A DNA stretch of 64,000 bases from Candidatus Aldehydirespiratoraceae bacterium (GTDB lineage: Bacteria > Actinomycetota > Acidimicrobiia > Acidimicrobiales > Aldehydirespiratoraceae). The stretch is taken from assembly GCA_965214565.1 (NCBI GenBank), contig OZ243951.1:321017-385016 (forward strand). The letters run 5' to 3'. A program made the position numbers and the translations under genes. Below the pieces are notes generated by a model that ran no database searches, was not told the origin of the DNA, and saw only the letters and a program-made list of their open reading frames with translations. Shown piece after piece: positions 18,669-27,373 of this stretch (positions are counted from its first letter, which is position 1; every line of letters begins with the position of its first letter).

Positions 18669-20330
18669 TCATCCCTCTCGGACTATCGGCACGATCATGG
18701 GACGGCGCCGGGTCCGTTCGGCGACGATGCTGCCCGCAGCCCGGCGAACGATCTGCGACAGACGGGCCAGATCATCGATGTCGTCGTCGAGCGCATTCAT
18801 CACCGCGGTTTCCGCCGCGTCGACCACAGCGATCTCATGCGCACGCAGCGCAGGCTGCTCGACCCAGCCGCGCGAGACCACGTCGGGTCCCGCCAGCAAC
18901 TCACCCCGTTCGGTGTCCACATGCACGATCACCGCCACGAAGCCGTCGGCACCCAGGAGTCGGCGGTCGCCGAGCACCGCGTTGCCGAGGTCGCCGACAG
19001 TGCCGTCGACATAGAGGTGGTCCCCGCCGACCGATCCGAGGTGCATCAAACCCGAGTCTGACAGTTCCAGCTGGTCGCCGTCCTCGGCCACGACCACATG
19101 GTCACGGTCCATCCCCATCTCCAGAGCCAGATCACGATGAGCCACGAGATGGGCGTATTCGCCGTGCACGGGCACGAAGAAATCGGGGACCGCAACCGAA
19201 TGGAGGGTCCTGAGTTCCTGTTGTTTGCCATGTCCGCTGGTGTGGACATCGACGATCCCACTGTGGACCACCCGCGCTCCGAGGCGGGCGAGCCCATTGC
19301 GGACCGCCGCCACCGCCGTCTCGTTTCCTGGGATCGGGTGTGCAGAGAAGATGACCGTGTCGTTGTCGTCAAGCTTCAGCCAGCGACTCTCGCCTCGGGC
19401 CATCTGGGTGAGCGCCGCTCGAGGCTCGCCTTGGGATCCCGTGCACACGATGCACAGTCGTTGGGGGTCAAGCTCGTCGATGTCTTCCACATCTCTGATC
19501 GCGTGGTCCGGGATACGGAGAACCCCCACCTCCCGGGCGAGCTTGACATTGCGCCGCATGGAGAGTCCGACGGGCACGACGATCCTGTTGGTCATCAACG
19601 CAGCGTCGGCCACCTGCTGCAGCCGGTGGATGTGGCTAGCGAACGAAGCGACTATCACACGACGTTGCTCGTTGGCTCGCAGCAGCGCGGTGAGAACGCC
19701 GCCGATCTCCTTCTCCGACCGGGATGCACCGGGGCTGTCGGCGTTGGTCGAATCCGCGAGCATCAGTCGGATGCCCGGATCATGGGCGAGCGCGCCGATC
19801 CTGGACAGGTCGGTTCGGCGGCCGTCAACGGGCGTCAGGTCCAACTTGAAGTCGCTGGAGTGGAGAATCACGCCTTGATCGGTGTGGAACGCGGTGATGT
19901 TGCCCGATGGGATCGAGTGGGTGACCGGCAGGAATTCGCAGTCGAAGGGACCGATCTTGCGGCGATCACCGTCACTGATGGGGTGAAGCTCAGCTCTCCC
20001 CTTCAAGCCTGCCTCGCGGAGCTTGTGCTCAATCATGCCGAGGGTGAAGACCGACCCGTAGACGGGCAGCGACATGTGTCGGAGAAGGTATGGGAGCGCA
20101 CCTATGTGGTCTTCATGGGCATGAGTGGCGATCATCGCCTCAATCCGGTCGGCGTTTTGAATCAGCCAGTCGAGGTCGGGCAGGACCGCGTCCACTCCCG
20201 GCAGGTCGTCGCCGGCGAACATCTGGCCACAGTCGAGCACCACGACCCGACCCTTCGTCTCGATGGCCGCGCAGTTGCGCCCGATCTCTCCGAGGCCACC
20301 GAGGAAGGTTATGATTACCGGTTCTGCCAT
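18669..20330 (-). CDS. rnj: ribonuclease J
   Basis: Metallo-beta-lactamase HxHxDH (THAHEDHIG) plus beta-CASP and C-terminal domain. About 550 aa. Confidence 0.93.
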   Translation of the reverse strand: MAEPVIITFLGGLGEIGRNCAAIETKGRVVVLDCGQMFAGDDLPGVDAVLPDLDWLIQNADRIEAMIATHAHEDHIGALPYLLRHMSLPVYGSVFTLGMIEHKLREAGLKGRAELHPISDGDRRKIGPFDCEFLPVTHSIPSGNITAFHTDQGVILHSSDFKLDLTPVDGRRTDLSRIGALAHDPGIRLMLADSTNADSPGASRSEKEIGGVLTALLRANEQRRVIVASFASHIHRLQQVADAALMTNRIVVPVGLSMRRNVKLAREVGVLRIPDHAIRDVEDIDELDPQRLCIVCTGSQGEPRAALTQMARGESRWLKLDDNDTVIFSAHPIPGNETAVAAVRNGLARLGARVVHSGIVDVHTSGHGKQQELRTLHSVAVPDFFVPVHGEYAHLVAHRDLALEMGMDRDHVVVAEDGDQLELSDSGLMHLGSVGGDHLYVDGTVGDLGNAVLGDRRLLGADGFVAVIVHVDTERGELLAGPDVVSRGWVEQPALRAHEIAVVDAAETAVMNALDDDIDDLARLSQIVRRAAGSIVAERTRRRPMIVPIVREG

Positions 20331-20353
20331 GTCAGGTCCGGGTCATGTCCATG

Positions 20354-21244
20354 TCAAGACCGTCCGAGCGCCGACAGGACCGCCTCGGCGGATTGTTGGA
20401 GACCCTCGGGTTCCGGACCCATCGGCGATCGTGTTGGGCCTGCGGGCAGGCCCATGACTCGCAGCATCGCCTTCGCCGGAACGGGGTTGGGAGCCTCATC
20501 TCCCGTCTCGAACTCATAGGACGGGATCAGGCGGCGGTTGATCTCAGCCGCTGTCTGCACATCGCCTGAGAAGAACGCCTCCAGCATCTGCGACGTCTCT
20601 ACTCCGACCCAGTGGGTGGCCACGCCGATGGTGCCGACGGCGCCGATCGCCAGCAGCGGCAGAGTGAGCCCGTCGTCGCCGCTGTAGACCTCCGTACCGG
20701 GCGGCGACAGCGTCAGCAGCCTCGCCGTCTCAGCCGGGTTCGCGGCGGCATCCTTCACACCGATGATGTTGGGCACCGTGTTGAACAGTTCCGCCATCGT
20801 CTCGGTGGCGATCTTGCGGCCCGTGCGACCGGGGATGTCATAGAGCAGGATCGGCAGTTCGGTGGCTTGGGCGCAGGCTCGGAAGTGTTCGATCAATCCT
20901 GCTTGGCTCGGACGGTTGTAGTACCCCGCCACATGCAGCAGTCCTGCGGCGCCGGCCTCGGTGGCGCGTTGGCTCAACTCCACCGCCGCGTTGGTGTCGT
21001 TGCTTCCCGCGCCGGCAACGACAGGCACCTCGACGGCTTCCACCACCGCCGCTATCAGATCGATCTGCTCGTCGTGGGTGAGGGTCGGGCTCTCTCCTGT
21101 GGTTCCAGCGATGACCAGACCGTCGCTGCCGCCCCGGGTGGTGAGGTGGCGGGCCAGTTTCTGTGCACCTTCGAGATCCAACGACCCGTCGGAGCCGAAC
21201 GGTGTGACCATGGCGGTCAGTACCCGCCCAAAGCGTGCTTGCAT
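20354..21244 (-). CDS. dapA: 4-hydroxy-tetrahydrodipicolinate synthase
   Basis: GRVLTAMVTPF...GLVIAGTTGE...YNRP...GVKDA (Schiff-base Lys region). The ATG at 21244 avoids overlap with the upstream gene. Confidence 0.93.
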   Translation of the reverse strand: MQARFGRVLTAMVTPFGSDGSLDLEGAQKLARHLTTRGGSDGLVIAGTTGESPTLTHDEQIDLIAAVVEAVEVPVVAGAGSNDTNAAVELSQRATEAGAAGLLHVAGYYNRPSQAGLIEHFRACAQATELPILLYDIPGRTGRKIATETMAELFNTVPNIIGVKDAAANPAETARLLTLSPPGTEVYSGDDGLTLPLLAIGAVGTIGVATHWVGVETSQMLEAFFSGDVQTAAEINRRLIPSYEFETGDEAPNPVPAKAMLRVMGLPAGPTRSPMGPEPEGLQQSAEAVLSALGRS

Positions 21245-21248
21245 CCTG

Positions 21249-22214
21249 TTATCGTGCCACGCCGGAGCGTCGATCGGTTCCCATTTGTGATCTTTCGGTT
21301 GCAAACTCCGGTGCAGTCACGGTTCGCCGGGTCTGGGGCCGGGGCTCTCGCCGCGACTCGCGACGGCGCCTTGCGAGGATCAAGCCGTAGACGACGACGG
21401 CCCCGGCCGAGAAGAAGAACCACTGGAACGCATATGACAGGTGTGGTCCGTCATCGAGGCTCGCTTGGGGCACCGGGACCGGCAGCGAAGTATCCGCATG
21501 TTGTGGAGGGTGCTGCTGCGCCAGTTGCACCCAGAGGTCTGCAACCTCGAGGCCGGTCAGTTCAGCGACCCTGTCGAGGTCGAGTCGATTCAGTTCAGTC
21601 AGTACAGCGATCTCGTCGGTGCCGATGCTTCCGCCGCCGACGCTGCTGAAAATCCTGCCGGTGACTGTCACCTCACCGGCGGGCGCGCTGAGGTCGTCGC
21701 TCTGCACCCCCGCCGCCCAGAGCCTGGGAACCCAGCCGCGACTGACCACAACGACAGTGCCGTCCGCCAGTTCAAGGGGCGTGACGAGCCAGTTTCCCGG
21801 CTCGGTCTGGAAGGTCCGGTTGGCGACCAGAAACGAATGCTCATCAAGGTACGAGCCGGACACGACTGTTGAGGTGTGGTCCGGCGGTGCGGTCGGCGAC
21901 ACCAGCAGCGTTCCGATCTCCTGTGGCTCTGCCACGAGCGCGGCCCTGATCTCGCTGTTCTGATCCCGCCGTTCCTCGAGACGACGTATCTGCCAGAACC
22001 CCAGGTTGACCATGGTGACCACCATCGCCAGCACGAACAGGTGTGAGAGTATCCAGCGAAACGACAACAACGAGCGCTTCGGGGGTGCGGGTGGTTCGGC
22101 CTGCCCGGGGGGTTCCGTTGGCAGAGAGGGTTCCGTTGGCAGAGAGGGTTCCGTTGGCAGAGAGGGCTCCGTTGGCAGAGGGGGCTCCGTCGGATCAGAG
22201 TTCGAGGAGGGCAT
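21249..22214 (-). CDS. SURF1 family cytochrome oxidase assembly protein
   Basis: TM-GFWQIRRLEERR SURF1 signature plus a C-terminal TM segment. The start is uncertain: ATG at 22214 would translate the PTEPSL repeats, and internal TTG codons before the first TM are alternatives. Confidence 0.8.
   Translation of the reverse strand: MPSSNSDPTEPPLPTEPSLPTEPSLPTEPSLPTEPPGQAEPPAPPKRSLLSFRWILSHLFVLAMVVTMVNLGFWQIRRLEERRDQNSEIRAALVAEPQEIGTLLVSPTAPPDHTSTVVSGSYLDEHSFLVANRTFQTEPGNWLVTPLELADGTVVVVSRGWVPRLWAAGVQSDDLSAPAGEVTVTGRIFSSVGGGSIGTDEIAVLTELNRLDLDRVAELTGLEVADLWVQLAQQHPPQHADTSLPVPVPQASLDDGPHLSYAFQWFFFSAGAVVVYGLILARRRRESRREPRPQTRRTVTAPEFATERSQMGTDRRSGVAR
22111..22195. repeat. 18-bp tandem repeat, about 4.7 copies (PTEPSL repeats if translated)
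   Basis: Unit ggttccgttggcagagag x3 perfect, then two degenerate copies, at the 5' end of the SURF1 ORF. Confidence 0.95.
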
Positions 22215-22923
22215 CTAGGCCGAGGGTCAACCCCTCGAAGTCGGCGATCCGCTTGCATCCGAGCAGAACACCGGGCATGAACGAGGTGCGATCAATGGTG
22301 TCATGACGGATCGACAGAGTTTGGCCGGTTGTGCCCATCAGAACCTCCTGATTGGCAACGACGCCCTGCATCCGCACCGAATGAACCCTTACATCGGCTG
22401 CCCCTCGGCCACCGCGTGCGCCAGGAAGTACTTCGTGTCGGGTCGGGTCGTCAGCCCAGTCGGCCGAGGCCCCGGCGATCCGCTCAGCGGTGTGGACCGC
22501 CGTGCCCGACGGCGCGTCCACTTTGGCGTTGTGGTGGTATTCGATCACCTCGGCTGTCGAGAAATGCGGCGCTGCCAACTCGGCGAAACGCATCATCAGC
22601 ACGGCCCCGATGGCGAAGTTCGGTGCTATCAGGCAGTTGCTGTCGGTGAACACGTCAGCGAACCTGGACAGGTCCTCCTCGGAGAATCCGGTGGTTCCGA
22701 CCACGGCATGGATTCCTTTGGCTGCAAGAAACTCGAGCGTTCCGCGGGCTGCTGGGGCGACCGTGAAATCAACGGCTACGTCGCATTCCGCATCCACGAG
22801 CACCTCGAGTGAATCTTCGATGTCTATCGCCGCGACCAACTCAAGCTGCGGATCAGCTTCGACCGCGCTGCATACGGCTTGGCCCATGCGCCCTGCGGCA
22901 CCGACCACTCCGACTCGGATCAT
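22195..22923 (-). CDS. dapB: 4-hydroxy-tetrahydrodipicolinate reductase
   Basis: MIRVGVVGAAGRMG Rossmann N-terminus and EYHHNAKVDAPSGTA signature. The ATG at 22923 is preferred over the TTG at 22935. Confidence 0.93.
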   Translation of the reverse strand: MIRVGVVGAAGRMGQAVCSAVEADPQLELVAAIDIEDSLEVLVDAECDVAVDFTVAPAARGTLEFLAAKGIHAVVGTTGFSEEDLSRFADVFTDSNCLIAPNFAIGAVLMMRFAELAAPHFSTAEVIEYHHNAKVDAPSGTAVHTAERIAGASADWADDPTRHEVLPGARGGRGAADVRVHSVRMQGVVANQEVLMGTTGQTLSIRHDTIDRTSFMPGVLLGCKRIADFEGLTLGLDALLEL

Positions 22924-22931
22924 GGGCGAAC

Positions 22932-23840
22932 TCAACTTCGGTCCCGTCTGTCACGCAGACGCTTTGAGAGGTCTTCGAGCGTGCGGCGCTCAGCTTCGGT
23001 CAGACTCTCCAAGCCATGCTCACCCATCTTGTCGAGCAGTGCATCGATCCTTGTCTGAGCCGCGACGTCGGCTGGGTGTGGCGGTGGAGGCGGTGGAACC
23101 GATGAGAGGTGGGTGCTGCGGGGTTGGGGCCGTCTGTGTTGGGGACGCGGCGGACGGCGCTGTGAATGGCCGGTGAGCCTGGCGGGCAGTGGGAGCTTTG
23201 GCAGCCACTCGTGTTGCTCGGCGTGGCCGAGGGCTCGCAGCACCAGCGGCGCGAGCAGGGCCATGGTCAAGGTGAGGACCAGTTCGTACCCTCTCTGATC
23301 GCTGATGGCTTGCAGCATTGCCATCCCGACGATTATCCACGCCAGGATCCAGGCTGGGATTCCCGGCCAGAAGCGAACGCTGGAGTAGTGGGTCGCGAAC
23401 GCGATCAACACGCCGAGTTCCACATAGCGGAGCCCGTAGACGACGCCGAAGGTGTCGGTGAATTCGAGCGCGGTCATGACCAGCGCAGGCACAACGGTCA
23501 GCACCAGGAGGAAGAACGTGAAGCGTTTGCGCCCCATGAGCGCCTCGAGCTGGGATCCCAACATCCAGAACACCGCCACTAGCAGCAGCGTCCACAGCGA
23601 CGGCTCGGTCGGGATCGGCCAGGTCACCAGCCTCCAGATCTGACCCTCGCCCACGCTCCCCAACGATGTCCCTGAGTTGAGCAGGAGTTTCGTGGTTATC
23701 GGCCGGTTGAAGCCCTCGAAGGCCCAGACGAACATGTAGGCCACGCTCATCGCCGAAACGATGACGGTGGTAGTTGCGGCGAGTTGACCGACCCGGAACC
23801 ACGGATCGTCGCTCTCGCCGAAATTACGGAACGGTTGCAT
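22932..23840 (-). CDS. rhomboid-like polytopic membrane protein, catalytic residues not evident
   Basis: Rhomboid TM2-like WRLVTW...G..LE...GRKRF pattern. The expected GxSG Ser reads DTFG and no AHxGG His is seen. Pro-rich linker and C-terminal helical LTEAERRTLEDL domain. Confidence 0.5.
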   Translation of the reverse strand: MQPFRNFGESDDPWFRVGQLAATTTVIVSAMSVAYMFVWAFEGFNRPITTKLLLNSGTSLGSVGEGQIWRLVTWPIPTEPSLWTLLLVAVFWMLGSQLEALMGRKRFTFFLLVLTVVPALVMTALEFTDTFGVVYGLRYVELGVLIAFATHYSSVRFWPGIPAWILAWIIVGMAMLQAISDQRGYELVLTLTMALLAPLVLRALGHAEQHEWLPKLPLPARLTGHSQRRPPRPQHRRPQPRSTHLSSVPPPPPPHPADVAAQTRIDALLDKMGEHGLESLTEAERRTLEDLSKRLRDRRDRS

Positions 23841-23887
23841 ACCCCTACAACAGTACAGTCGCCGGGGCCCGCGGGTACACCAGGTTT

Positions 23888-26326
23888 CTAGCGACGACCG
23901 CGTCCGCCGGAGCCCCGCCCGCGGGCGGGAGTGGCCGGACCGAGATTGTCGAACTCCTGGGACAGCTCTGCGTCGAAGGCGTCCTCGAACGAGACTGTCT
24001 GGCGATCGCCCTGACGCTCGCTCTGACGCCCACCGTCTTCGCGCGTTCGGGGGCCGCGGTCGGAGCGGCCGTTGCGGTCCCGGTTGGAACCGCCGCGGTC
24101 ACGGTCACCGCCGCGGCCGCGGTCACGATCACGCCCGCCGCGATCACGGTTCGAGTCCTCAGCGCCCTCCGGTTTGAGCGAGATCTTGCCGTTGGGGTCG
24201 ACGTCTTCGACGACGACCGTGACTTCGTCTCCCAGAGAGAGCACGTCCTCAACCCGGTCGATGCGTTTGCCGCCTCCGATCTTGGAGATGTGGAGCAGAC
24301 CGTCGCGTCCGGGAAGGATGTTGACGAAGGCACCGAACTTGGTGATGTTCACGACTCGGCCCGGGTAGGTAGCACCGACCTCGGCCGTCGGCGGGTCGAG
24401 GATCAGCTTGATCTGACGCTCGGCCTCGGCCACCTTGGCGTTGTCGACAGATGCAATCGAGACGACGCCGACCATGCCGTCGTCGTCGACTGAGATGTCG
24501 GCGCCGGTCTCGGCCTGGATCGCATTGATGACCTTGCCCTTGGGGCCGATGATCTCGCCGATCTTGTCGACTGGGATCTCGAAGGTGGTGATCTTCGGGG
24601 CGGTGTCTCGCACATCTTCCCGGGGTTCTGCGATGGCCTCTGCCATCACGTCGAGAATGTCGAGGCGCGCCTCCCTGGCCTGAGCTAGCGCATTCGCCAA
24701 GACGTTGGCCGGGATCCCCGCGATCTTGGTGTCGAGCTGCAGGGCGGTGACGAAGTCGGTTGTGCCTGCGACCTTGAAGTCCATGTCGCCGAAGGCGTCT
24801 TCTGCGCCGAGGATGTCGGTGAGTGTGACGTATTCGCCCTCTGCGTGGACCAGGCCCATGGCGATGCCTGCGACCGGAGCCTTGATCGGAACGCCGGCGT
24901 CCATCAGCGAGAGTGTTGAACCGCACACTGAACCCATGGAGCTCGACCCGTTGGAGGCCATGACCTCAGACACGGTCCGCACGGTGTAGGGCCATTCCTC
25001 GAAGGAGGGGATGACCGGGAACACCGCACGCTCAGCGAGGGCGCCGTGGCCGATCTCGCGGCGTTTGGGGCCTCGCATGAATCCGGTCTCGCCGGTGGAG
25101 AACGGAGGGAAGTTGTAGTGGTGGAAGTACCGCTTCTTGTCTGTCGGCGAGATGTCGTCGATCATCATGTCGCTGCGACCCATGCCGAGGGTGGTGAAGT
25201 TGAGTACCTGGGTCTCGCCGCGTTGGAACAGGCCTGAGCCGTGCGCTGTGGGGATCACTTCGATTTCGCTGGTGACCTTGCGGAGTTCGTCAGTCTTGCG
25301 TCCGTCGATGCGGATGCCCTCTTCGACGATCCGCTTGCGGACCACCTTCTTGGTGACCGCCCGGATGGCGTTCTTGATCTGCCTGGCAGCATTGGGGTCT
25401 TCTGCGGTGAACTCGGCCAGTTCGGCCACGACGGCTTCTCTGAGTTCTGCTTCTGCGGCCTGCCGCTGGGTCTTGTCGGCGATCTGTTGCGTCTCGGCGA
25501 TGCGGTCAGCCGCTGCGGCCTGCACTGCGGCGAGGATCTCGTCGCTGTAGTCGACGGTGAGCGGGGGCTCCATCTTGGCGATGTCGCCGGCAGCGTCGAT
25601 CACCTGCTGCTGCAACTCGATCATTTCGCGGATCCAAGTCTTGCTCGCTTCAAGGCCTCCGGCGAGCACGTCCTCGTCGACCTTGGGCGTGCCCGACTCG
25701 TACAGAGTCCAGGAGTTCCCGGTGCCGCCGGCCTCGACCATCATCACAGCAACGTCGTTGTCGCTCTGTCGTCCGGCGACCACCATCTCGAAGGCCGATT
25801 CGGAGGACTCCTGATAGGTGGGGAAGGGAATCCATTCGCCTTCTGGTGACCAGCTCATACGGACCGCTCCGATGGGGCCGTCGAACGGGATCGGTGACAG
25901 ACACAGAGCCAACGAGGCGGCGTTGAGAGCCAAAACGTCGTAGGGGTTCTTCTGGTCGGCTCCGAGAACGGTGCCCACGACATGGACTTCGTTGCGGAAT
26001 CCGTCGGGGAAGGCGGGACGAAGCGGCCGGTCGATCAGGCGGCAGGTGAGTATCGCCTGCTCGCCTGCTCGCGCTTCACGGCGGAAGAAGGAACCGGGTA
26101 TCTTCCCGGCGGCATACATCCGCTCCTCGATGTCGACGGTCAGCGGAAAGAAGTCCGCACCTTCGCGGGGAGTCGTTGCTCCCGTTGCGGTTACGAGCAC
26201 AACCGTGTCGCCGATGCTTGCAGTGACGGAGCCACCGGCGAGGGGGGCGAACTTGCCGACCTCGAATGTGGCGTCTTTGCCCTCACCGCGCGCGAACGAC
26301 CCGGTGAAGGATTGGGGATTAGTCAT
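23888..26326 (-). CDS. pnp: polyribonucleotide nucleotidyltransferase (PNPase) with Arg/Gly/Asp-rich C-terminal extension
   Basis: Two RNase PH domains, KH (IGPKGKVINAI) and S1 (GRVVNITKFGAFVNI), then a tail of about 90 aa rich in RDRGG. ATG at 26326 with an AGGAGA SD. Confidence 0.95.
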   Translation of the reverse strand: MTNPQSFTGSFARGEGKDATFEVGKFAPLAGGSVTASIGDTVVLVTATGATTPREGADFFPLTVDIEERMYAAGKIPGSFFRREARAGEQAILTCRLIDRPLRPAFPDGFRNEVHVVGTVLGADQKNPYDVLALNAASLALCLSPIPFDGPIGAVRMSWSPEGEWIPFPTYQESSESAFEMVVAGRQSDNDVAVMMVEAGGTGNSWTLYESGTPKVDEDVLAGGLEASKTWIREMIELQQQVIDAAGDIAKMEPPLTVDYSDEILAAVQAAAADRIAETQQIADKTQRQAAEAELREAVVAELAEFTAEDPNAARQIKNAIRAVTKKVVRKRIVEEGIRIDGRKTDELRKVTSEIEVIPTAHGSGLFQRGETQVLNFTTLGMGRSDMMIDDISPTDKKRYFHHYNFPPFSTGETGFMRGPKRREIGHGALAERAVFPVIPSFEEWPYTVRTVSEVMASNGSSSMGSVCGSTLSLMDAGVPIKAPVAGIAMGLVHAEGEYVTLTDILGAEDAFGDMDFKVAGTTDFVTALQLDTKIAGIPANVLANALAQAREARLDILDVMAEAIAEPREDVRDTAPKITTFEIPVDKIGEIIGPKGKVINAIQAETGADISVDDDGMVGVVSIASVDNAKVAEAERQIKLILDPPTAEVGATYPGRVVNITKFGAFVNILPGRDGLLHISKIGGGKRIDRVEDVLSLGDEVTVVVEDVDPNGKISLKPEGAEDSNRDRGGRDRDRGRGGDRDRGGSNRDRNGRSDRGPRTREDGGRQSERQGDRQTVSFEDAFDAELSQEFDNLGPATPARGRGSGGRGRR

Positions 26327-26577
26327 GTTGTTGTTTCTCCTGAACACATGACTGCCAGTTCCCAGTCGGAAATCGCTGATCTTGGTCTCGGCCTCGGCCT
26401 CTCGGGCCGCTGATCAGTTCAGAGATTTTCGACTAGCACCAACGGTCTTGTGTTCTTCGTTTGCTGGACCTTCCAGCTGCTGGGATTCGTCGGGTTGGTT
26501 CGGGGTGTTGACCCTGATCCAACCGGGTTGGGAGCAGCCCGGTTGGGTTGCTCTTCGATTTGTTCTGCGGATTCAAT
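26327..26577 (-). promoter_or_regulatory. rpsO-pnp intercistronic leader with 9-bp-stem hairpin (26519-26546)
   Basis: CCAACCGGG-(10 nt)-CCCGGTTGG lies just downstream of the rpsO stop. A structured pnp leader is known in bacteria (RNase III site in E. coli; Actino-pnp motif reported in Actinomycetota). Confidence 0.4.
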
Positions 26578-26859
26578 TCAGCGACGCAGCCCGAGATGGG
26601 TGATCACTGCTCTGTAGCGTTCAACGTCGTTGTCCTTGACGTAGTCGAGGAGGCGCCGACGGCGGCCTACCAGCATCTGCAGGCCTCTGCGCGTGTGATG
26701 GTCCTTCTTGTGGACCTTCATGTGCTCGGTGAGGTGTGCGATCCGTTCCGAAAGCAGAGCGATCTGTATTTCCGGCGAGCCGGTGTCGTTCTCCTTCAGG
26801 TCGAAGGCGCTCGCCATATCGGCGATGGTCTCTGACTTGGGGCGCAGGCTGGTTGCCAT
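26578..26859 (-). CDS. rpsO: 30S ribosomal protein S15
   Basis: [47 protein letters not shown]. The ATG at 26859 gives 93 aa. The longer 209-aa track ORF is an artefactual N-terminal extension. Confidence 0.93.
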   Translation of the reverse strand: MATSLRPKSETIADMASAFDLKENDTGSPEIQIALLSERIAHLTEHMKVHKKDHHTRRGLQMLVGRRRRLLDYVKDNDVERYRAVITHLGLRR

Positions 26860-27220
26860 AGGTTGCTTGTTCCTGTGTGTTATGTCGGGTCTCTTACCCA
26901 GCTGCACGCCCCGCATTGCGCGGGCGGCAGCCACCATTCGGTTCTGGTGAGGATACCAAGGTCCAGGGATTATCGGCGCGGGCCGACTTTCGACGGCTGC
27001 CGGGAACGCCGTCGGCCGTCTCCGTAACCCAACTCTGACCTCCTGGGACCTGCTGGAGTCTAGATGACTCGCAACTGGATCAACCGTTCCCGTTTCGTCT
27101 GGTTCTTGGCGCTGTCTGTGTTCTGGGTTCGGTCCCGGCCCAGCCTTCTCCCACAGCCATACTCCGAGGCGTGGTTCCTGCGAGGTCTGGTTTGCGCCCC
27201 GAGTCATCGGCCGGTAACGG

Positions 27221-27366
27221 CCTGGTCACTGGCTTGGTTGCGTTCGAGTCACCAGTCTGGTCACTGCTCTGGTTGCGTTCGAGTAACCCCAGTCTGGTCA
27301 CTGCTCTGGCTGCGTTCGAGTAACCCCAGTCTGGGCACTGGCATGCGTCACCAGTCTGGTCACCGG
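27221..27366. repeat. intergenic 37-bp tandem array (about 4 units, decaying at both ends)
   Basis: cagtctggtcactgctctggttgcgttcgagtaaccc starts at 27253, 27290 and 27327 (exact 37-nt phase). There are partial units at 27221 and 27352. Confidence 0.9.
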
Positions 27367-27373
27367 GTCTTCA

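Noticed and set aside
20612-21649. 345-aa ORF on the plus strand
   Set aside because: It is antisense to dapA and SURF1. It has Arg-rich shadow-frame composition.
26578-27207. 209-aa version of the rpsO ORF
   Set aside because: Only the last 93 codons match S15. The upstream 116 codons are low-complexity and run into the tandem-repeat region.
27221-27366. Possible CRISPR array
   Set aside because: The units are directly abutting (37-nt period) with no unique spacers, there are no cas genes in the window, and the repeats decay at the edges like a minisatellite.
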